Shown: piece after piece, positions 30,875 through 43,048 of the stretch
Position numbering within the stretch: position 1 is the stretch's first letter
How the letters are laid out: the number at the start of each line of letters is the position of its first letter
The notes under the pieces: generated by a model
The model's database searches: none
What the model was told of the DNA's origin: nothing
The model's input: the letters and a program-made list of their open reading frames with translations, nothing else
NCBI GenBank assembly: GCA_963664435.2
Contig: CAXXKM010000003.1
Span: 160,001 to 224,000, forward strand
Origin: Longimicrobiales bacterium
GTDB taxonomy: Bacteria > Gemmatimonadota > Gemmatimonadetes > Longimicrobiales > Gaopeijiaceae
Length of the DNA stretch: 64,000 nucleotides
Direction: 5' to 3'
Position numbers and translations under genes: made by a program

Positions 30875-32163
30875 GCGACCTCCGCGCTCTCGCCCCGGTG
30901 GATCAGGGCCAGGTATTCGTCCCGGAACTTCTCGATGGAGGACACCACCGGCGCCGCCGCCGAATCGGAGAGGACGCAGATGGTGGTGCCGGTCATCTGG
31001 GCGCTCATGTCGAGCAGCGTGTCCAGGTCGGATTCGGAGCCCCGCCCCGCTTCGATGCGACGAAGGACCTGCGTCATCCAGGAGGTGCCCTCGCGGCAGG
31101 GCGTGCACTGGCCGCAGGACTCGTGCGCGTAGAACTGCACCATGCGCCGGACTTCACGCACGATGTCGGTGCGGTCGTCCATCACGATCACGGAAGCGCA
31201 GCCGAGCATCGAGCCGGCGGCCTCCACCCCCTCGTAGCACAGCGTGCATTCCCGGCAATCCTCCGCATCCATCAACGGGACGGAACTGCCGCCCGGAATC
31301 ACGGACTTCAGCGTCCGCCCTTCGGCGACGCCGCCGCACACGTCCTCGATCAGTTCCATCATCGGGAAGCCCAGCGGAAGCTCGTAGTTGCCGGGCTTCT
31401 CCACATGGCCGCTCACGCAGAAGAGCTTGGTGCCGGGCGACTTGTCGGTGCCCCACTGGCGATACCACTCGCCGCCGTGCTCGACGATATGGGGCACGGC
31501 TGCCAGCGTCTCGACATTGTTGATGGTGGTGGGCATGGAATACACGCCCACCGCGGCCGGGAAGGGCGGCTTCACGCGCGGCTCTCCCCGCCGGCCCTCC
31601 AGCGAGTTCATGAGCCCCGTCTCTTCCCCGCAGATGTAGGCGCCCGCGCCCACGTGGGCGGTCACGTCGATGTGGGTTCCGGAGCCGAGGATGTCGGCAC
31701 CCGCGAATCCTGCTCCGTACGCCTCCTCGACCGCGCGCGCGATGATCTGGCTGGCCTCGAAGAACTCGCCCCGCAGGTAGATGTAGGCGTGCCGCGAGCC
31801 CATCGCGTAGGCGGCGATCAGGCATCCCTCGATGAGCTGATGGGGATCCCAGCGGATCAGCTCGCGGTCCTTGAAGGTTCCGGGCTCGGATTCGTCCGCG
31901 TTGCACAGCAGATAGTGCGGCTTGACCGCAGCCCTGGGCATGAAGCTCCACTTGAGCCCGGTTGGGAAGCCCGCGCCTCCCCTGCCCCGCAGTCCGGACG
32001 CCTTCACTTCGTCGATGACCGTGGCAGGCCCGATCTCGAGGGCACGTCTCAGGCCCCTGTATCCGCCCCGCTCGCGGTAGCCCTCCAGCGTGCGTGCGGC
32101 AGGATCCCCGAAGTTGCGGGAGATGACGCGCACCTCGCTGGCATGCACGTAAGGGTAGGCCAT
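30871..32163 (-). CDS. nuoF: NADH-quinone oxidoreductase subunit F
   Basis: GRGGAGFPTG, NADESEPG, YICGEET, ESCGQCTPCREG. Confidence 0.97.
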   Translation of the reverse strand: MAYPYVHASEVRVISRNFGDPAARTLEGYRERGGYRGLRRALEIGPATVIDEVKASGLRGRGGAGFPTGLKWSFMPRAAVKPHYLLCNADESEPGTFKDRELIRWDPHQLIEGCLIAAYAMGSRHAYIYLRGEFFEASQIIARAVEEAYGAGFAGADILGSGTHIDVTAHVGAGAYICGEETGLMNSLEGRRGEPRVKPPFPAAVGVYSMPTTINNVETLAAVPHIVEHGGEWYRQWGTDKSPGTKLFCVSGHVEKPGNYELPLGFPMMELIEDVCGGVAEGRTLKSVIPGGSSVPLMDAEDCRECTLCYEGVEAAGSMLGCASVIVMDDRTDIVREVRRMVQFYAHESCGQCTPCREGTSWMTQVLRRIEAGRGSESDLDTLLDMSAQMTGTTICVLSDSAAAPVVSSIEKFRDEYLALIHRGESAEVA

Positions 32164-32826
32164 CTACTCGCCGTGCTCCCTGAGACGCTGCAGGAGCGCG
32201 GGCACGTCGTCCGGCAGCACGTTCTCGTAGTAGCGGGAGTTGATCTGCACGGCGACCGGGAAGCCGCACGCGGCCAGGCACTCCACCTCGATGACGGTGA
32301 AGTCGCCGTCCCCGGAGGTCTCTCCCAGCTCGGTGCCGGTGTGTCGGAGGAAGGCGTCGAGCACCTCCTCGCCCTTGCACAGGCTGCAGCTGATGTTGGT
32401 GCAGACCTGGATGAGGAATCGCCCCACCGGCCGCTTGTTGTACATCGTGTAGAAGGTGACCGTCCCGCGAACCTCGGCCATCGGCAGGCCGAGCAGCGCC
32501 GCCACCTCGTCCATCGTCTCCGGGGAGATGTGGCCGCGCAACTCCTGGGCCAGGTTCAGCGTCGGGAGCAGGGCGCCGCGCGCGGTGGGATAGCGTGAGC
32601 GAATCTTCTCGAACCTCTCCCGGTACGGGCCCTCGAAGAGGACCGCGTCCGGATCCTTGCCGGGAAGCATGTAGGGGTACGAGGGAGCAACCGATGGATG
32701 CCCGCCGTCGAGGGGTCGCTCGCCCACGAAATCGGTGCCGCGCACGTCCGCTTCGGAGAGGTCGAACTCTCCCACGTTGCCGGCCCACCCGGGGTTGCGG
32801 AACGGCGCGCGGGCGGGACCGCTCAT
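32164..32826 (-). CDS. nuoE: NADH-quinone oxidoreductase subunit E (with N-terminal extension)
   Basis: TFYTMY, VCTNISC, ECLAAC. Confidence 0.93.
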   Translation of the reverse strand: MSGPARAPFRNPGWAGNVGEFDLSEADVRGTDFVGERPLDGGHPSVAPSYPYMLPGKDPDAVLFEGPYRERFEKIRSRYPTARGALLPTLNLAQELRGHISPETMDEVAALLGLPMAEVRGTVTFYTMYNKRPVGRFLIQVCTNISCSLCKGEEVLDAFLRHTGTELGETSGDGDFTVIEVECLAACGFPVAVQINSRYYENVLPDDVPALLQRLREHGE

Positions 32827-34100
32827 CGGTCGATCTCGCCGAGCACGATGTCCAGGCTCGCGTTGATCATGATGAGGTCGGCGACCAGGTGCTCTTCGGC
32901 CAGCCTGGCGATGGCCGACAGGTTGACGAAGGAGGGCGGCCGGATGCGCCAGCGCACCGGCTTGGGTCCGCCGTCGCCCACCAGGTACATGCCCAGCTCG
33001 CCCTTGGAACCCTCGACGGCGAAGTAGCAGTCCTCGGCGGGCGCGTTGATGCCGTCCATGATCAGCTTGAAGTGGTGGATCATCGACTCCATGTCGTTCA
33101 TGCAGTCTGTCTTGCTCGGCAGGCTGACGCGCGGGTCCTCGACGTTGATGGGACCGTCGGGGAGGCGGTCCAGGGCCTGATGCAGGATGGCCACGCTCTG
33201 GCGCATCTCCTCCATGCGCACCAGGTAGCGATCGTAGCAGTCGCCGTTCTCACCCACCGGGACCTCGAAGTCGTAGGTCTCGTAGTCGTAGTAGGGCCGG
33301 TCCTTGCGCACGTCGTAGTCGACCCCGCTGGCGCGCAGGTTGGGACCGGTCAGACCGCAGTCGATCGCGTCGTCCGGGCCGATGGCGCCGATGTCGATGG
33401 TGCGGCCCTGATGTATCGCGTTGGTGGTGAGCAGCGAGTCGATCTCGTTCAGCGTGCGGGGGAAGGTGTCGATGAAGTCCCGCACCCCCTGCGCCCAGCC
33501 CGCCGGCAGGTCCGACATCATGCCCCCGACGCGGGTGGCGGAGGTCGTGATGCGGGCGCCGGTGAGCTCCTCGTGCAGCTGGTAGATGCGCTCCCGTTCC
33601 TGGAAGGCGTACAGGAAGGGAGTGAAGGCGCCGACGTCGATGGCGGTGGTCCCCAGCCAGAGCAGGTGCGAGAAGATGCGGTCCAGTTCGAGGCAGATTA
33701 CCCGCACCACCTTGCAGCGCTCCGTTACCTCGATGCCCATCAGCTTCTCGACCGCCATGGCGTAGGCGCAGTTGTAGATCAGCGGCGCCAGGTAGTCCAT
33801 CCGGTCGGTGAGCGGCACGATCTGGTTGTACGTGCGGTACTCGCCCAGCTTCTCGAAGGAGGAATGCAGGTAACCGATGTGCGGCGTGACCGACACCACG
33901 GTCTCCCCGTCCAGCTCGCAGATGAGCCTGAGCACGCCGTGCGTGGCGGGGTGCTGTGGCCCGATGTTGATGAGCATCTGCTCGGAACCGATGTCGGGCT
34001 CCGCGACATCGACGGGCGCCAGCGGTCCCATCGCGGGCCGGGCGTCCATCCCCATCTCCGCGCCCCGGCCCACCGGGATCTCCACCGTCCGACGCGTCAT
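32823..34100 (-). CDS. nuoD: NADH-quinone oxidoreductase subunit D
   Basis: GPQHPATHGVLR, DRMDY, DIVLGEIDR. Confidence 0.97.
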   Translation of the reverse strand: MTRRTVEIPVGRGAEMGMDARPAMGPLAPVDVAEPDIGSEQMLINIGPQHPATHGVLRLICELDGETVVSVTPHIGYLHSSFEKLGEYRTYNQIVPLTDRMDYLAPLIYNCAYAMAVEKLMGIEVTERCKVVRVICLELDRIFSHLLWLGTTAIDVGAFTPFLYAFQERERIYQLHEELTGARITTSATRVGGMMSDLPAGWAQGVRDFIDTFPRTLNEIDSLLTTNAIHQGRTIDIGAIGPDDAIDCGLTGPNLRASGVDYDVRKDRPYYDYETYDFEVPVGENGDCYDRYLVRMEEMRQSVAILHQALDRLPDGPINVEDPRVSLPSKTDCMNDMESMIHHFKLIMDGINAPAEDCYFAVEGSKGELGMYLVGDGGPKPVRWRIRPPSFVNLSAIARLAEEHLVADLIMINASLDIVLGEIDR

Positions 34101-34726
34101 CGGCCCTGGCTTCCCGAGCCGGAGGTTGCGGACTCGTCCGCCGGGACCAGCTGGGGAGCGCCGCGTCCCTCCATTTCGTCAGGCATGTAGTACTGCTCCA
34201 TGTCCTGGGAGAGGGCGCGCCGGGTCTGCTCGGCGCGGGAGAAACGGCCGCGCAGCGGGAAGTCCTTACGCAGGGGATGGCCTTCGGCGTAATTCTCGGG
34301 CATGAGAATGCGGCGCAGGTCCGGGTGCCCCCTGAACTCGATCCCGAACAGATCGTAGACTTCGCGCTCAAGCCAGTTGGCCGCACTCCAGAGCGCGGTC
34401 ACCGAGGCGATCGCGAGGCGGGAAAGCGGGAGTTCGCACTTTACCCGCAACGCCCTGCGGTGCGGTATGGACCAGAGCTGGTAAACGACCTCGAGCGGGC
34501 GTCCGTCGCCGTAGTCGACTGCGGTTACGTCGACCAGCAGGTTGAAACGCTCGCCGGGGTCCGTGCGCAACCAGTCCAGCACTTCCGCGTTGCGCGAAGG
34601 ATCGATGTAGACCACCTGCTGGTCCCCCGACTGCACCAGGTCGCGGACAACGGCGTCGGGGAACGCCGCGCGCAGAGCCTCGACGGTCGGGGACGCGGGC
34701 ATTCCGTCGCGGTCCGGTCGGGTCAC
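34097..34726 (-). CDS. nuoC: NADH-quinone oxidoreductase subunit C
   Basis: [30 protein letters not shown]. Confidence 0.95.
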   Translation of the reverse strand: MTRPDRDGMPASPTVEALRAAFPDAVVRDLVQSGDQQVVYIDPSRNAEVLDWLRTDPGERFNLLVDVTAVDYGDGRPLEVVYQLWSIPHRRALRVKCELPLSRLAIASVTALWSAANWLEREVYDLFGIEFRGHPDLRRILMPENYAEGHPLRKDFPLRGRFSRAEQTRRALSQDMEQYYMPDEMEGRGAPQLVPADESATSGSGSQGR

Positions 34727-35415
34727 GGAATGCGGTCGTCGGGCCGGTCGGAGGCGTCTGACCCGGTGGGCCCGCTCACCCGGTTCTGCCGGGTCGAATT
34801 GCCGAAGGGTCCCGAGAGCGCCAGCACCTCTTCGGCGTCGGCGCGCGCGCGGGCCACCGCCGCCGGGTCCTCGGCGCGCAGAGTGCCGTGCTCGCTCAGG
34901 CGCTCCTCGCGGATCTTCTCCTGAATCATCATGAGCCCGTAAATGAGGCCCTCCGGTCTCGGCGGACAACCTGGCACGTAGACGTCCACGGGGATGATGG
35001 TGTCGATCCCCTGCACCATCGAATAGACGTCGAACACGCCCCCCGACGACGCGCACGCGCCCATCGAGACGGCCCACTTGGGCTGCGGCATCTGGTCCCA
35101 GATGCGGCGCAGGACGGGCGCCAGCTTGTAGGGTACCCGCCCCGCACAGATGAGCACGTCGGCCTGGCGGGGACTGAACGACATGCGCTCCATCCCGAAG
35201 CGCGCCAGGTCGAAGTTGCTGGCGGCCGCCGCCATCATTTCGATGGCGCAGCACGCGGTGCCGAAAGGCATGGGCCAGAGCGAGTTGCGGCGGGCCCAGT
35301 TGACGACGAAGTCGAGCCGCGTGGTCAGAAAGGTCGGCGTTCCCGCGCCGAGGACCCCGCCCGGCGGCGAGGAAGCGACGGGAAGGCGTTCAGCGGTTTG
35401 TTCGCTCAGTCCCAA
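34723..35415 (-). CDS. nuoB: NADH-quinone oxidoreductase subunit B
   Basis: [33 protein letters not shown] start overlapping the nuoA end is inferred. Confidence 0.95.
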   Translation of the reverse strand: MGLSEQTAERLPVASSPPGGVLGAGTPTFLTTRLDFVVNWARRNSLWPMPFGTACCAIEMMAAAASNFDLARFGMERMSFSPRQADVLICAGRVPYKLAPVLRRIWDQMPQPKWAVSMGACASSGGVFDVYSMVQGIDTIIPVDVYVPGCPPRPEGLIYGLMMIQEKIREERLSEHGTLRAEDPAAVARARADAEEVLALSGPFGNSTRQNRVSGPTGSDASDRPDDRIP

Positions 35416-35762
35416 TCCAGGCCTCCTTTCTTCCACTCGTACACAAGCCCCGCGGTGAGCACCGCCACGAAGATGGAAGCGGCCACGAATCCGCTCCATC
35501 CCAACGCGCGCATTTCCACCGCCCAGGGGATGAGGAAGACCGCTTCCAGATCGAAGACGATGAAGCTGATGGCGACGAGATAGAACTTGACCGAAAAGCG
35601 AGTCCGCGTGTCGCCCAGCGGGATCATTCCGGACTCGTAAGGCATTGCCTTCTCCGGAGTTGGCCTGCGAGGACTGAGGATGTGCGACAGCACTACCATG
35701 AAGACCGCGTTGAGGGCGGAGACCCCGAAGATGAGCAGGATCGGGAGGTAGGCGTCCGACAT
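35406..35762 (-). CDS. nuoA: NADH-quinone oxidoreductase subunit A
   Basis: [25 protein letters not shown] at 35762. Confidence 0.96.
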   Translation of the reverse strand: MSDAYLPILLIFGVSALNAVFMVVLSHILSPRRPTPEKAMPYESGMIPLGDTRTRFSVKFYLVAISFIVFDLEAVFLIPWAVEMRALGWSGFVAASIFVAVLTAGLVYEWKKGGLDWD

Positions 35763-35811
35763 CGAGTCGCCCGCGTGTGCAGGGGGTGTCGCAGGGAATC
35801 CGGGTGGCAGA

Positions 35812-35840
35812 AAGCTACCGATGCGCCCCGACCCGGTCAA
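35812..35840 (-). promoter_or_regulatory. Sigma70-type promoter of the nuo operon (TTGACC-17-TAGCTT)
   Basis: -35 at 35840-35835, -10 at 35817-35812, about 50 nt upstream of nuoA. Confidence 0.65.
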
Positions 35841-36081
35841 CCCGCCGGGAAGCATCCCCGCAAGCCGATTACGCTGGTGCGTGACAGGCCGGCAACACCT
35901 TCCCGACGCGGCTCGCGAACCCTGCCCTGAAGGGAGATCGCCTGACGCGGGAGACCGCTGGCGGCGGCGTCCTCGAACCCGGCTGATCCCGACTATGCCG
36001 GAGTCCCGGGAGGCGGTGTGCGGCAAGGGGGGCGTGGCGGAGAACGCCCGGGGTTTCGGCGGCGTGGCAGGATCCATGATT

Positions 36082-36097
36082 CGGCACGGCATTTGCA
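36082..36097 (+). promoter_or_regulatory. Sigma54 (RpoN) -24/-12 promoter
   Basis: CGGCACG-GCAT-TTGCA: exact GG-N10-GC spacing, one mismatch to TGGCACG-N4-TTGCW. Confidence 0.65.
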
Positions 36098-36127
36098 AGA
36101 ACTGCCTGTGACAGGGCTCAGTCCCGA

Positions 36128-36158
36128 GGCACTGAACCAGCTTCGGGCACTGAACCAG
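36128..36158 (+). repeat. 13-bp direct repeat GGCACTGAACCAG x2 (18-bp period)
   Basis: Copies at 36128-36140 and 36146-36158; partial CTGAACCA at ~36332. Confidence 0.8.
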
Positions 36159-36204
36159 ACTGTGCGGGTATCATTTTCCGCATCTCGAAACCTCTGCCGG
36201 AAAT

Positions 36205-36313
36205 ATGAGCCCGAAACTGGGCCATAAACCCACATTGGCAGGGTGGCATTCCGGAGCCGATCAAGCCGAAGATGAAGAGAATGAGCCCGATTTTGAGAAT
36301 AGTGAGCCTGAAA
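36205..36313 (+). repeat. RTGAGCCYGA repeats, putative IS subterminal transposase-binding sites
   Basis: ATGAGCCCGA at 36205 and 36281, GTGAGCCTGA at 36302. A further ATGAGCCCG at 36721 and an inverted GGGCTCA at 36114. Confidence 0.55.
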
Positions 36314-36352
36314 TACGGCTCCCCGACATCCCTGAACCACGAGGAGTGAACG

Positions 36353-36652
36353 GTGATGCGCCGCATTACACGTATTCGCACTCTCGACCAGGTCCGTCGT
36401 TTCCTGAAAGTTGCCGACGCCCCGAAGTTGCAGGCGGACAGCCGTGAGTCCATATACGATTTCATCCGCAGGACACTGGACCGATTCGAATACCACGATC
36501 TCAGGAAACGCGATAAGAGCCTGCTGAAGACATTCCTGGCCCGAGTGACAGGCTTCTCGCGCGCCCAACTGACCCGGCTGATTGCACAACATCGCGAGAC
36601 CGGCACCATCCGTGACCGTCGCGGCACGCCGCGGCACTCAAGAGCCGCGTAG
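36353..36652 (+). mobile_element. Truncated transposase/integrase: N-terminal helical/HTH part only, no DDE domain
   Basis: TLDQVRRFL...YDFIRRTLDRFEY...DKSLLKTFLARVTGFSRAQLTRLIAQHRETGTIRDRRG resembles the N-terminus of an rve-type IS transposase family. Local GC is lower, and a GAGGAG SD is present. Confidence 0.7.
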
Positions 36653-36776
36653 CTGACGACCAGACGCGCTGCGGCCCGGCGCCGCGCGGAGCCTTGCCGC
36701 GATGCACGCTCGTTTCCATCATGAGCCCGGCGGTGCCTCATCGGACGCAGTTCACGCGCTTGTGCCGGAGAATACC

Positions 36777-39325
<2,549 letters not shown>

Positions 39326-39412
39326 GGCGCGGGCGGCGGTCCCCGACCACGACCGGCGCGGCAGCTCATGTTGCCGTCAGGGTCGGCCGGCCGGCCGGCA
39401 AACCGCCTCCGG

Positions 39413-41134
39413 TCAGTGCCGGAAGAGCCGCCTTCCCGTAAAGGCCATCGCGATCCCGTGCTCGTTCGCGGCGGCAATGACCTCTTCGTCGCGAACTGAA
39501 CCGCCCGGCTGCACGATCGCGCGCACCCCGGCCGCGGCCGCCGCGTCGACGCCGTCGCGGAACGGGAAGAAGGCATCCGAGGCCAGCGCGCAGCCGGACA
39601 GATCGAGGCCGGCGGCGGCGGCCTTTCGGACCGCGAGCTCGGACGCGTCCACCCGGCTCACCTGCCCCATGCCGATGCCCAGCGTGGCGCCGCTGCGCGC
39701 GAGCAGGATGGCGTTGGATTTCACCCCCGCGACCGCCGACCAGGCGAAGTCGAGGTCGTCGAGTTCGCGCGCGGACGGGGCGCGCCGGGTGACGACCCGC
39801 CACCTTGCGCTTCCCATCCCGTAGAAGGGCGGCGGAGGCGCCGATTGCGCCAGCAGGCCGCCGGACACGGTGCGCAGCGTTCTGGGTTCGGGGAGGCGGG
39901 CGTGCGCCGCGAGGAACGCGGCCGAGGCGCGGTGCCCGGGTGAAGCCTCCCGCCACCAGTCGATGTGGTCCGGGTCGAGCGGCAGGGCGTCGCGAGCGAC
40001 CGGTTCGCCGGGCATGGCGAGCAGGCGCAGGCTGGGCTTGCGGGTCAGGATCCTCATCGCCCGGTCGTCGAAGGCCGGCGCAACCAGGCACTCGACAAAG
40101 AGCTCCGACATCCGCGCCGCGGTGGCGGCATCGACGCGCCGGTTCACCGCGATCACGGACCCGAAGGCGCTCACAGGGTCGGTTCGCAGGGCGCGCAGGT
40201 AGGCTTCTTCGAGTGTCTCCGCGAGCGCCATCCCCGCGGGCGTGGTGTGCTTGACGATACACACGGCCGGCCGCGCCGAGAAAGCGAAGGGAGCGAGACA
40301 CTGGAGGGCGCCGTCGAGGTCGAGGTAGTTGTTGTACGAAAGCGCCTTGCCGTGCAGCTGCTCGAGGCCGGCCAGTCCCACGCCCGCGTGTCCGCGCCAG
40401 CGGTACAACGCCGCCTCCTGGTCCGGGTTCTCGCCGTAGCGCAGGACATCCTCCAGTTCGGCGGTCAAGGCGAGGTCGACCGGGAACATTCCGGCTCCGC
40501 CCGTTACGGGGGCCGGCTCCTCCGCGTCCACGCAGGTTCCGCCGCCCTCCCGGGCGGCGTGCCCCAGCCACTCCGCCACGGCCTCATCGTACGCGCTCGT
40601 GTGTGCAAACACCTTCACGGCCAACTCCCGGCGAAGCGCGCGGCCGTCTCCTTCCCGGTCGAGGGCCGCGAGTACGCGCGGGTAGTCGCCGGGGTCCACG
40701 ACGGCCCACACGTCGGCGTGGTTCTTGGCCGCCGCCCGGATCATGGTGGGTCCGCCGATGTCCACCTGCTCCATCGCGCCGCCCACCGACACGCCACCCT
40801 TCGCCACGGTCTCCCGGAAGGGGTAGAGGTTGACCGCCACCAGGCCCACGGGCGCGTAGCCCCGTGCCGCGAGGGCGTCGTCGTCGTCGCGGTGCCCGCT
40901 CCGGGCCAGGATCCCCGCATGGATGGCCGGGTGCAGCGTCTTGACCCGCCCGTCCATCATTTCCGGGTGGGACGTGACCTCAGCCACCTGTACGACGGGA
41001 AGCCCCGCGTCGACGAGGGTTCGCGCGGTTCCCCCGGTCGAGACGATCTCCCATCCGCGGCCGACGAGACCGCGGGCAAGCTCTTCGATCCCGCTCTTGT
41101 CCGAGACGCTCAGCAGCGCTCGTCTTCGAGTCAT
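39413..41134 (-). CDS. purH: Bifunctional AICAR transformylase/IMP cyclohydrolase
   Basis: ALLSVSDK, GRVKTLHP, DIGGP, LRYGENP, LSYNN, KSNAI, ASDAFFPF, RLFRH. Confidence 0.97.
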   Translation of the reverse strand: MTRRRALLSVSDKSGIEELARGLVGRGWEIVSTGGTARTLVDAGLPVVQVAEVTSHPEMMDGRVKTLHPAIHAGILARSGHRDDDDALAARGYAPVGLVAVNLYPFRETVAKGGVSVGGAMEQVDIGGPTMIRAAAKNHADVWAVVDPGDYPRVLAALDREGDGRALRRELAVKVFAHTSAYDEAVAEWLGHAAREGGGTCVDAEEPAPVTGGAGMFPVDLALTAELEDVLRYGENPDQEAALYRWRGHAGVGLAGLEQLHGKALSYNNYLDLDGALQCLAPFAFSARPAVCIVKHTTPAGMALAETLEEAYLRALRTDPVSAFGSVIAVNRRVDAATAARMSELFVECLVAPAFDDRAMRILTRKPSLRLLAMPGEPVARDALPLDPDHIDWWREASPGHRASAAFLAAHARLPEPRTLRTVSGGLLAQSAPPPPFYGMGSARWRVVTRRAPSARELDDLDFAWSAVAGVKSNAILLARSGATLGIGMGQVSRVDASELAVRKAAAAGLDLSGCALASDAFFPFRDGVDAAAAAGVRAIVQPGGSVRDEEVIAAANEHGIAMAFTGRRLFRH

Positions 41135-41165
41135 GTTCGCTCCTCCCTGGCGTGCAAGGCTGACG

Positions 41166-41864
41166 CTAATCCCCGGTGAAACCGGCGGAAATCGAGCGCG
41201 CGACATCGGCTCCGGCCTGTGACTTCGCCAGAAACGCGGTTCCGGGCGGCGAAAAGGGCGTTGGCCGGCGCCCTCGGGCGAGAGCGCGGCTCAGATGGTC
41301 CACGACCCGGGGATAGAGGAGATGCTCGACGCGAAGCACCCGGGCGGCGAGCGCATGCGGGTCGTCGCCTGCACGCACCGGCACCGGCCACTGCGCGACG
41401 ATCGGGCCTCGATCGTACTCCTCGTCCACGAAGTGCACCGTGGGCCCGGTGACCCGGGCGCCCGACGCAAGCACCGCCTCGTGCACGCGCATCCCATACA
41501 TCCCCTTCCCTCCGAAGGCCGGGAGAAGCGCGGGGTGGATGTTGACCGTCCTCTCTCGGAAGGCCTCGACGATGTCCGCGGGGATGAGCCGGAGGTAGCC
41601 CGCGAGCGCGATGAACCCGATATCGGCGGAACTCAGGATGTCCAGCGTCTCCGCGGCGACATCGCCGGACGATCGTCCCGCGACCGGGAGAAAGCGTGAC
41701 CGGATCCCGCTACGATGAGCGCGCCGGAGCGCCCTGGCGTCCTCCTGGTCGCTGATGACGAGTTGGACGCGCCAGGGTGGTGCATCGAGGGTGGCGTGGT
41801 GGTTGAGGATGGCCTGCAGGTTCGAACCCGAACCCGACGCGAAGACCGCCACGGGCAGGCTCAC
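41166..41864 (-). CDS. purN: Phosphoribosylglycinamide formyltransferase
   Basis: ASGSGSNLQA, NIHPALLP, TVHFVDEEYDRGP. Confidence 0.95.
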   Translation of the reverse strand: MSLPVAVFASGSGSNLQAILNHHATLDAPPWRVQLVISDQEDARALRRAHRSGIRSRFLPVAGRSSGDVAAETLDILSSADIGFIALAGYLRLIPADIVEAFRERTVNIHPALLPAFGGKGMYGMRVHEAVLASGARVTGPTVHFVDEEYDRGPIVAQWPVPVRAGDDPHALAARVLRVEHLLYPRVVDHLSRALARGRRPTPFSPPGTAFLAKSQAGADVARSISAGFTGD

Positions 41865-42517
41865 ACGAACTCGCCTCCCTGGAAGGGCATCAGAAACGGA
41901 TTGGTGCGGCGCTCCCATCCCACCGTGGTTTCGGGGCCGTGCCCGGTGAGCAGACGGGTGTCGTCGGCGAGCGTCAGCACCTGTTGGCGAATCGAGTGCA
42001 GCAACTGCTGCATGTCTCCCCCCGGAAGATCCGTGCGCCCGATCGATCCCGCGAACACGACATCCGCCACGACCGCGACCCGCTCGTCCTCATTGACCAG
42101 CACGACATGACCGGGGGAGTGACCGGGGGCGTGGCGCACGCGAAACGCGCACCGTCCAAAGCCGAGTTCATCCCCGTGCGCGAGCTGCTCGTCGACGGCC
42201 GGCAGCCGTGGCGCGCGCACCCCGGACGCCGTCGCCTGTTCGGTCGCGGCCCGGTAGAGGAAGGCGTCGGCCGGGTGGAGGAAGATCGGGGCATCCGTGA
42301 CGGCACGGATGTCGGGCACCCCTTCGACATGATCCAGATGTGCGTGGGTCAGGACGACGGCCTTGACGTCCAGGTCGTCAGCCTCGATCGCGCGACACAT
42401 GTCCGGAGCCGCCGCCCCGGGATCGATGACCAGCGCCTCGCCGGTTGCGTCGCAGATGGCCAGCCAGGCGTTCTGCTGGAATCCGTCCGCGCCGGTGAAG
42501 GTCCGCAGACGGATCAC
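41861..42517 (-). CDS. MBL-fold metallo-hydrolase (glyoxalase II/YcbL-like)
   Basis: THAHLDH, PGHSPG, GSIGRTD, GHGPETT. Confidence 0.92.
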   Translation of the reverse strand: MIRLRTFTGADGFQQNAWLAICDATGEALVIDPGAAAPDMCRAIEADDLDVKAVVLTHAHLDHVEGVPDIRAVTDAPIFLHPADAFLYRAATEQATASGVRAPRLPAVDEQLAHGDELGFGRCAFRVRHAPGHSPGHVVLVNEDERVAVVADVVFAGSIGRTDLPGGDMQQLLHSIRQQVLTLADDTRLLTGHGPETTVGWERRTNPFLMPFQGGEFV

Positions 42518-42575
42518 CTGCGTGATCTGTCCACTGCAGTGGTCCTGGGGCGCTCGGTTCGGACCTGGGGCGTGA

Positions 42576-42905
42576 TCAGACCGTGAAGGAGCTTCCGCAC
42601 CCGCATCCGCCCGCGGCCTGTGGGTTGGAGAAGCTGAAGCCCTGTCCCATCATGCTGGACACATAGTCGATCTGCACGCCCTCGAGGTACTGGGCGCTGA
42701 ACGGGTCGACGAAAACCCGGAAGTCGTCCAGCTCCAGCACTTCGTCGTCGTCCTCGGGCGCCTCTTCGATGTTGAGGCCGTACTGAAAGCCCGAGCATCC
42801 GCCCGGAAGCACGGCGACACGAAGCCCGGCCCGGGACCGGGAGTCGAGCTCTTCCAGAAACTGCGTGATTTTGGTAGTGGCTTCAGGCGTCAGAGTAATC
42901 TGCAT
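42576..42905 (-). CDS. iscA: A-type Fe-S carrier (IscA/ErpA/HesB family)
   Basis: GGCSGFQY and CGCGSSF; AGGAG SD. Confidence 0.93.
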   Translation of the reverse strand: MQITLTPEATTKITQFLEELDSRSRAGLRVAVLPGGCSGFQYGLNIEEAPEDDDEVLELDDFRVFVDPFSAQYLEGVQIDYVSSMMGQGFSFSNPQAAGGCGCGSSFTV

Positions 42906-43048
42906 GGTCCTGCTCCTGAGGGTGCGGCTCGGCCGACCGATGGATCAAGTCGGAAAAACCCGCCTGGCGCTCCGGTGTTCCCCTTCCCTGCCGGCAACTT
43001 CTCCGGCGCCCGCACCGGCGGCTGGCGGTCCTGGACAAGATCGCGCCT

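Noticed and set aside
35780..35960. Possible cobalamin riboswitch upstream of the TonB receptor (AGGGAATCCGGGTG, GGGAAG, GGAGACC fragments)
   Set aside because: No GCCACTG/B12-box core, about 800 nt from the receptor start, and it overlaps the nuoA promoter on the other strand. An Rfam scan would settle it.
36105..36340. Short repeats as a degenerate CRISPR array
   Set aside because: Repeats are only 10-13 bp and irregularly spaced, and no cas genes are present.
36205..36447. 80-aa acidic ORF in the islet
   Set aside because: It starts within a repeat, lacks an SD, overlaps the transposase stub and has no recognisable motif.
41135..41165. ZTP riboswitch before purH
   Set aside because: Only 31 nt separate purN and purH, and no motif is visible.
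42514..43048. Selenoprotein or tRNA-Sec next to selA
   Set aside because: iscA has Cys at all three conserved sites, its TGA follows the normal C-terminus, and no tRNA-like cloverleaf is visible.
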